Virus record (IMG/VR): IMGVR_UViG_3300045988_123091
Coordinates: 1 to 37,478 of that record
Direction: 5' to 3' (one strand)
Source: a virus
DNA length: 37,478 nt
Shown here: in pieces, positions 33,066 to 37,478 of the stretch
Numbering within the stretch: the stretch's first letter is position 1
How the letters are laid out: each line of letters begins with the position of its first letter
Notes under the pieces: model-generated
What the model saw: the letters and a program-made list of their open reading frames with translations, nothing else
Database searches by the model: none
Told to the model about the DNA's origin: nothing
Made by a program: the position numbers and the translations under genes

Positions 33066-34169
33066 CTAATAAGTTCGAACCGGAACCAATACACTCATCA
33101 ATTTTGTTCCTTCATCTGAACCACGAATAATCAACACTTCCTTTTCTCCTGGAGTCTTAATCAGAACTTTTTCTGAATCAGTAGAATCCAGTGCATCACG
33201 CAAATATTTTCCATTCAGGTTAAATTCAATTGGATCAGACATCAGTTGAACACTTTCAAGTTCTTCGTAAGTCTCACCAATCTCTGAAGACTTAGAGTCG
33301 ATATGCGATTCATCACTGTTGAATGACAAATGAATAACCTGCTTGCCATCGTCCGATTTGATAAAGTCACAACGCTTGACGGCTTCCAATAACTCTCCTT
33401 TGTCAACTTCCACGCAGTAAGGACAAGTCTGTGGAATGATTCTGCCAACGTCTGGATACACCCCAATCAACAATTGAGACTGGTATGTCATGTAATCCGA
33501 TACGAACTGAATTTTCTTGTCGTCATAATAAACGGCGACATCATCCTTGAATGTCTTCAAAAACTCAACACATGCCTGCCTAGGAATCGTAATCTTAGCG
33601 TCTTTGCAGTCCATGTCGATAAATGCGTATTGATTCACTCGATATGAATCTGAGCCAATGATCGTAACCTGGCCATTATCTACACGCAAATGAACTCCAT
33701 TCAGTACAGGACGATTGTTATCGCCGTTTGCGACACAGATAAGAACTCTTTCAAATGCTGCACGCAATGACTCAGTCGGACAGAACAGTTTATTAACTGG
33801 TCTTTCTAAATCGATTGCAGGATATTCTGAAACATCCGTACAAGTCAGTTTGAACTTTGCCTTGCCACTCTTGATATGCATCAAGTTATCAACACACTCA
33901 ATGTCTACAAATTCACCATTCACCTTACGAATGATTTCGCTAAAATATTTTGAATCAACTAGACACATCCCGATTCTTTCGATTCCAAGTTCAACCGGCA
34001 GAGTCTGTTGGATGGATGCCGTTCCGTTTGATCCAGTAATCACAACCGAATTTTCTTCGGCCACAATTTTTAGATTTGCTAATGCAGGCAAAACAGATAG
34101 TTTATCAATTACTTTCGAAACGTTATTAACTACACTTAACAACGCTTTAGTTTCTACTCTGAATTTCAT
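33066..34169 (-). CDS. dnaN: DNA polymerase III beta subunit (sliding clamp)
   Basis: 367 aa. MKFRVETKALLSVVNNVSKVIDKLSVLPALANLKIVAEENSVVITGSNGTASIQ and overall three-domain length match DnaN. Confidence 0.8.
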   Translation of the reverse strand: MKFRVETKALLSVVNNVSKVIDKLSVLPALANLKIVAEENSVVITGSNGTASIQQTLPVELGIERIGMCLVDSKYFSEIIRKVNGEFVDIECVDNLMHIKSGKAKFKLTCTDVSEYPAIDLERPVNKLFCPTESLRAAFERVLICVANGDNNRPVLNGVHLRVDNGQVTIIGSDSYRVNQYAFIDMDCKDAKITIPRQACVEFLKTFKDDVAVYYDDKKIQFVSDYMTYQSQLLIGVYPDVGRIIPQTCPYCVEVDKGELLEAVKRCDFIKSDDGKQVIHLSFNSDESHIDSKSSEIGETYEELESVQLMSDPIEFNLNGKYLRDALDSTDSEKVLIKTPGEKEVLIIRGSDEGTKLMSVLVPVRTY

Positions 34170-34216
34170 TTTATATTTTTCCTTTCGTGATAAAATTGTT
34201 TTAAAGGAGGTGCGTT

Positions 34217-34612
34217 ATGTTTGCTATAATGGAGAAAGAACCAACTCTTTTTGTGGCTGTATGTGCTATATTTGTCCCTGTCATAATTACGGCAATCCAA
34301 TGCTTTGCGGATTGGGCTATTAAAAGATGTCAATCCAAGAAAGATTATGAATACAAAATCAAGCGTGAACAGCGCGAAATTTATACTTCATATTTGCGAT
34401 ATGCTGGACAATTTTTGTTGCATCCGTCTGCCGAAAATGAGTCAACTTATGGTGAAGCATATTTTCAAATTCTAGCCATTGCCACGAAAGAACTTCGCGA
34501 CAAAATCATTGAATGTAATGACTTGATCAGAGATAAAAAATTTAAAGGCGCCACAAAATCTCTTGAAGAAATTATCCCTACCATACATGACATATTAAAC
34601 AGATTATATTAA
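34217..34612 (+). CDS. Opposite-strand membrane-anchored protein (moron-like), function unknown
   Basis: AAAGGAGGTG RBS. Extended -10 TGATAAAAT at 34188-34196. N-terminal TM helix. Confidence 0.55.
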   Translation: MFAIMEKEPTLFVAVCAIFVPVIITAIQCFADWAIKRCQSKKDYEYKIKREQREIYTSYLRYAGQFLLHPSAENESTYGEAYFQILAIATKELRDKIIECNDLIRDKKFKGATKSLEEIIPTIHDILNRLY

Positions 34613-34766
34613 ACAAAGAATATATAGCTAAAATCGAGAAAACGTAAAATTCATAAAATTCATCGTCTTCCTTTTTTAGCTTTTTTTGCATGTCTTTGCA
34701 TAGAAATGCAACTGCGGTTATAACAATCTGACCAATCACAATATCGAATATGTTAACTTCTTCCAT
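34578..34766 (-). CDS. Small membrane protein
   Basis: Two hydrophobic helices. GGAGGAAG RBS. Confidence 0.45.
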   Translation of the reverse strand: MEEVNIFDIVIGQIVITAVAFLCKDMQKKLKKEDDEFYEFYVFSILAIYSLFNIICLICHVW

Positions 34767-34786
34767 CTAGCTTCCTCCTTACTTGC

Positions 34787-34975
34787 TTAAATACAAAACA
34801 TCAATCTAATGAATGCATATGCGTTTGATACAGAAAATAACAACCAACACGATAGAGCCATTATTCTGTAGTTCTTATATGTTCCTTCATCAGGTTCAAA
34901 TTTAAATAAATACAATGCGAACAATGTGGATATAGCTTCTGCTATTAAAAGCTGTGCCATTAATGCATCACGCAT
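34787..34975 (-). CDS. Small membrane protein
   Basis: Two hydrophobic helices. Confidence 0.45.
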   Translation of the reverse strand: MRDALMAQLLIAEAISTLFALYLFKFEPDEGTYKNYRIMALSCWLLFSVSNAYAFIRLMFCI

Positions 34976-34985
34976 ACATTCCTCA

Positions 34986-35717
34986 TTACTCGTTCAAATA
35001 CTCATCGAACTTTGGCCCGAACAGAATACTTGGCTTAAGATACGACTCCATGATTGGATCAGACTTCCATGCATCGCATTTCTTTTCGATTACACGCTTG
35101 AAGTCTTCCAAGCTATATCCATCATTCAATCTGTCCTGAATCAGCTTTCTAGTTAGCTTTGTATCAGGACTGAATTTCTTATCCGTTTCAATGTTAAGAA
35201 TTTCGACAACAGTGTTAATGATTTGATTAATTTTTAGTTCTTCGTCAGAAGAACAATATAAATTATTATTCTTTATATTCTTATCATTCTTTTCATTCTT
35301 GTTTGTTGTTGTTCGTTTGTTGTCCGTTTGTTGTCCGTTTGTTTTTTGCATGTTATCCGTTTGTTGTTCGTTTGTTGTTTGCTTGTTGTCTGCGTTATTA
35401 AAACACTGATAATCATCGTATTTTGTAACGATTATGAGCGTGTTTTGGTTTGTTGAGATTTTCTTAATCTCACCTGTTTTCTGCAAATTTTTTAAAGCTC
35501 TTTTTATTTGCTCGACGCTCAATTTTGTTTCAGTGCTTAAACTCGCAAAACTAGTAATGCACGAACCCCTTTCTATTTTTTTACCTTGCCAGTTGCGATC
35601 GGCGTGATTCACTTTTAAAAGCAAGTGTATAAATAGCCGACAAGTGGGAATGTCGTCGTACCATTCCCAATCGACAATCTGCCTAAATAACTTAATGTAG
35701 CCACCATATACTTCCAT
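34986..35717 (-). CDS. Phage replisome organiser / replication initiator (winged-helix N-terminus, conserved phage C-terminal domain)
   Basis: YIKLFRQIVDWEWYDD...TCRLFIHLLLKVNHADRNWQGKKIERGSCITSFASLSTETKLSVEQIKRALKNLQKTGEI. Low-complexity N/Q/T linker encoded by iterons. C-terminus ...FKRVIEKKCDAWKSDPIMESYLKPSILFGPKFDEYLN. Confidence 0.7.
   Translation of the reverse strand: MEVYGGYIKLFRQIVDWEWYDDIPTCRLFIHLLLKVNHADRNWQGKKIERGSCITSFASLSTETKLSVEQIKRALKNLQKTGEIKKISTNQNTLIIVTKYDDYQCFNNADNKQTTNEQQTDNMQKTNGQQTDNKRTTTNKNEKNDKNIKNNNLYCSSDEELKINQIINTVVEILNIETDKKFSPDTKLTRKLIQDRLNDGYSLEDFKRVIEKKCDAWKSDPIMESYLKPSILFGPKFDEYLNE
35314..35378. repeat. Iteron-like 11-bp phased repeats inside the replisome organiser gene (candidate origin)
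   Basis: CGTTTGTTGT at 35314, 35325, 35358 and 35369, a variant CGTTTGTTTT at 35336, and degenerate copies on both flanks. All starts are multiples of 11 bp apart. An AT-rich block lies at about 35255-35290. Confidence 0.55.
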
Positions 35718-35741
35718 TCCGTCACCCCCTTAGGTGTGGAT

Positions 35742-36137
35742 TTAATGGAAACAGTGCCTATTTTCCGCACTGTCTTTTTCTTTGTACTCCTTTAGATACT
35801 TTTGCAGCTCCCTTCCAAAAGCTTTTGTACATTCCGATAAGCATTCGGTAATTTCATCTGAATCCATATCCTCAAAAAATCTAAAGAAAGTAGCTCCAGC
35901 TTTTGCTTCACTAGCAATAATTGGCCCATCCACTGTAATGAACACTTTCAATTCATAAGCAGGGCCAAAACTACTCGCAAATTCATTGAATTTTTCCAAG
36001 AATTCTTTTTTTTCTTGATTTGTTTTTGCATTCTGAGACTCCTTCTGGAACTGCTTAATTCCTTCATGTATCTCATCAATTTTTTTGCTTTCTTCGATAA
36101 CATCATCTTTATCTCTATCAACATGTACTGTTTCCAT
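35742..36137 (-). CDS. Acidic hypothetical protein
   Basis: AAGGAGAAAAATAAG RBS before the ATG at 36137. Confidence 0.5.
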   Translation of the reverse strand: METVHVDRDKDDVIEESKKIDEIHEGIKQFQKESQNAKTNQEKKEFLEKFNEFASSFGPAYELKVFITVDGPIIASEAKAGATFFRFFEDMDSDEITECLSECTKAFGRELQKYLKEYKEKDSAENRHCFH

Positions 36138-36458
36138 CTTATTTTTCTCCTTGCTGAATCTCGAACTCTGCAACCTAGATACTGCAATCTGCTGATTTTT
36201 GAGTTTATTGTTTTAGGAAGTTTGACCAATTATTGTGATTATGGGTTACATTTTTTTTGACGTGCTTGCAAAACTGAGTAGTGTAATAAAATCTATAAAA
36301 GAGAAATAGTAATGAATTCTTCAATCTACAAAGAAAAACATTTAAGCAGACCACGTCGCTTGGCAATATCCAGGTTGCAAAGCTCGAGAGTTTGTTTTAT
36401 AATTTATGTGTGTTGTTGAGCGCTTATGCCGCTCCTTTTTTTATGTCATTCATAGGCT

Positions 36459-36686
36459 TCACCAAACCTGTTTGGCTAGAATGACAAAGTTCAGAATGGT
36501 GATCATGATTCCAAATAAATACATCATTTTTAAATCATCTCTTTCATCCTTGTCGATTCCACCTTTTTCGAAAACAACTTGAACATTTACTTCAGGTTGT
36601 TCTTTTTTTTGCCCAAAACTAGGAATCTCCAATTGATTTTCCATAACTGCATCCGCTTGTTTAGCTGCTACTGATTTTGCTGGCAT
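36459..36686 (-). CDS. Small C-terminally membrane-anchored protein
   Basis: C-terminal TM helix (MMYLFGIMITILNFVILA). Confidence 0.45.
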   Translation of the reverse strand: MPAKSVAAKQADAVMENQLEIPSFGQKKEQPEVNVQVVFEKGGIDKDERDDLKMMYLFGIMITILNFVILAKQVW

Positions 36687-36988
36687 AATTTCTCATCCTC
36701 CTCTAATTCTGATGTAATCTCCAATAAACGATTGATACACTTTTCTGTCTCATCATTCATGGGACCTCTAAAACTAACTGACTCAATCTCGCTTGAATCA
36801 AAGCCAAAGCTTTTCCTTTCTGGATAAGCAAAACCACAAGGAAAATCTACTGCACAATAATCGAACAATTCTCTTGAGCTAGGGTCTATCATCAAGTACC
36901 CTACGATCATTGCTTTCATTTTTCTGCCTTTAAGCCGAACCACTGTTCCAATAGGTAAATAAGTTCTCATCCCCACATCTCCTTGCAT
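36668..36988 (-). CDS. DUF4176-like protein
   Basis: LPIGTVVRLKGRKMKAMIVGYLMIDPSSRELFDYCAVDFPCGF matches the DUF4176 pattern from memory. Confidence 0.5.
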   Translation of the reverse strand: MQGDVGMRTYLPIGTVVRLKGRKMKAMIVGYLMIDPSSRELFDYCAVDFPCGFAYPERKSFGFDSSEIESVSFRGPMNDETEKCINRLLEITSELEEDEKLCQQNQ

Positions 36989-37182
36989 GCTTTTTTGAAT
37001 TCAGGAAAAACGTTGGTAAACATACTGATAGGAACTTGTTTGGCACCACAAATAACCTTAGATACATTTGAATTCTTATATTCATCTGAATTCTGAACCA
37101 TATGAATCATTCTGTACGCCATTACCTTATTAATACCTAAAGACATCACATCTTTATATCCAAGCAATGTCTTTGTTGCCAT
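36967..37182 (-). CDS. Small early protein, possible DNA-binding (HTH-like)
   Basis: Second gene of the rightward early operon. AGGAGGAAAG RBS. Confidence 0.4.
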   Translation of the reverse strand: MATKTLLGYKDVMSLGINKVMAYRMIHMVQNSDEYKNSNVSKVICGAKQVPISMFTNVFPEFKKACKEMWG

Positions 37183-37217
37183 ACGCTTTCCTCCTTTCTA
37201 TTTGAAGTTTAATTTTA

Positions 37218-37433
37218 TTAAACTTTTTCGGTAAAAAAATAATATCCTACTTGGTCTTTCGGGATACTCAACATATCGCAAATTTTAATAATATCATCTC
37301 GCGAAAACGGAGTTTTGCTTTGCATTTTACGTGACATCGTGTTTTCAGATGTTCCAAATGCTTCTGCAAATTGGTTTTGACTGCCGTATTTTTCAATCAT
37401 CTTTGCTTTTAAAGCGTTAAAATCAAACTTCAT
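37218..37433 (-). CDS. Cro-like XRE-family HTH protein
   Basis: GSQNQFAEAFGTSENTMSRKMQSKTPFSRDDIIKICDML. AAGGAGGTG RBS before the ATG at 37433. Divergent from the cI-like gene across the contig junction. Confidence 0.65.
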   Translation of the reverse strand: MKFDFNALKAKMIEKYGSQNQFAEAFGTSENTMSRKMQSKTPFSRDDIIKICDMLSIPKDQVGYYFFTEKV

Positions 37434-37478
37434 TTTATGCACCTCCTTCATTTGACATTTAAAGTTTAACTTTATTAA
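37424..37478. repeat. Terminal direct repeat, copy 2
   Basis: Exact 55-nt match to 1..55. It carries the RBS and start codon of the cro-like gene. Confidence 0.95.

Noticed and set aside
35948-36229. 93-aa minus-strand ORF overlapping 35742-36137 in another frame
   Set aside because: Lys/Arg-rich alternative frame of an acidic gene. The in-frame ATG at 36137 with its strong RBS supports the other reading.

Overview
The window is a complete, self-closing genome of about 37.4 kb: the first 55 nt are repeated exactly as the last 55 nt. It belongs to a temperate, low-GC (Bacillota-type) siphovirus. Apart from a few islands, all genes lie on the minus strand. Reading the minus strand from the right end, the order is: cro-like gene; early and replication genes (replisome organiser with internal iterons, sliding clamp, PcfK/PcfJ-like pair, a tyrosine recombinase, Lar-like protein, dimeric dUTPase-like proteins, SSB, ArpU-like late regulator); packaging genes (HNH, TerS, TerL, portal); ClpP-type protease and HK97-type capsid; connectors; major tail protein; chaperone with a -1 frameshift; tape measure, Dit, Tal and a CHAP tail lysin; tail fibre; holin and a CHAP+GH25 endolysin. 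The lysogeny module (cI-like repressor, membrane protein, integrase, small moron cassette) sits at 135-3617.

The standout feature is at 5724-9521. The tail-fibre gene is followed by seven silent alternative C-terminal cassettes in mixed orientation. Each cassette starts with the same 13-bp sequence, GTATGTCNTTTAC, which also occurs in frame inside the fibre gene. A dedicated tyrosine recombinase gene ends 2 nt from the outermost site. I read this as a multi-cassette tail-fibre shufflon: R64 Rci/sfx-like logic applied to a phage receptor-binding tip, giving up to eight fibre variants. The recombinase reading frame is broken at a T6 tract.

All functional calls rest on motif recognition by eye and synteny. 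No database search was run.
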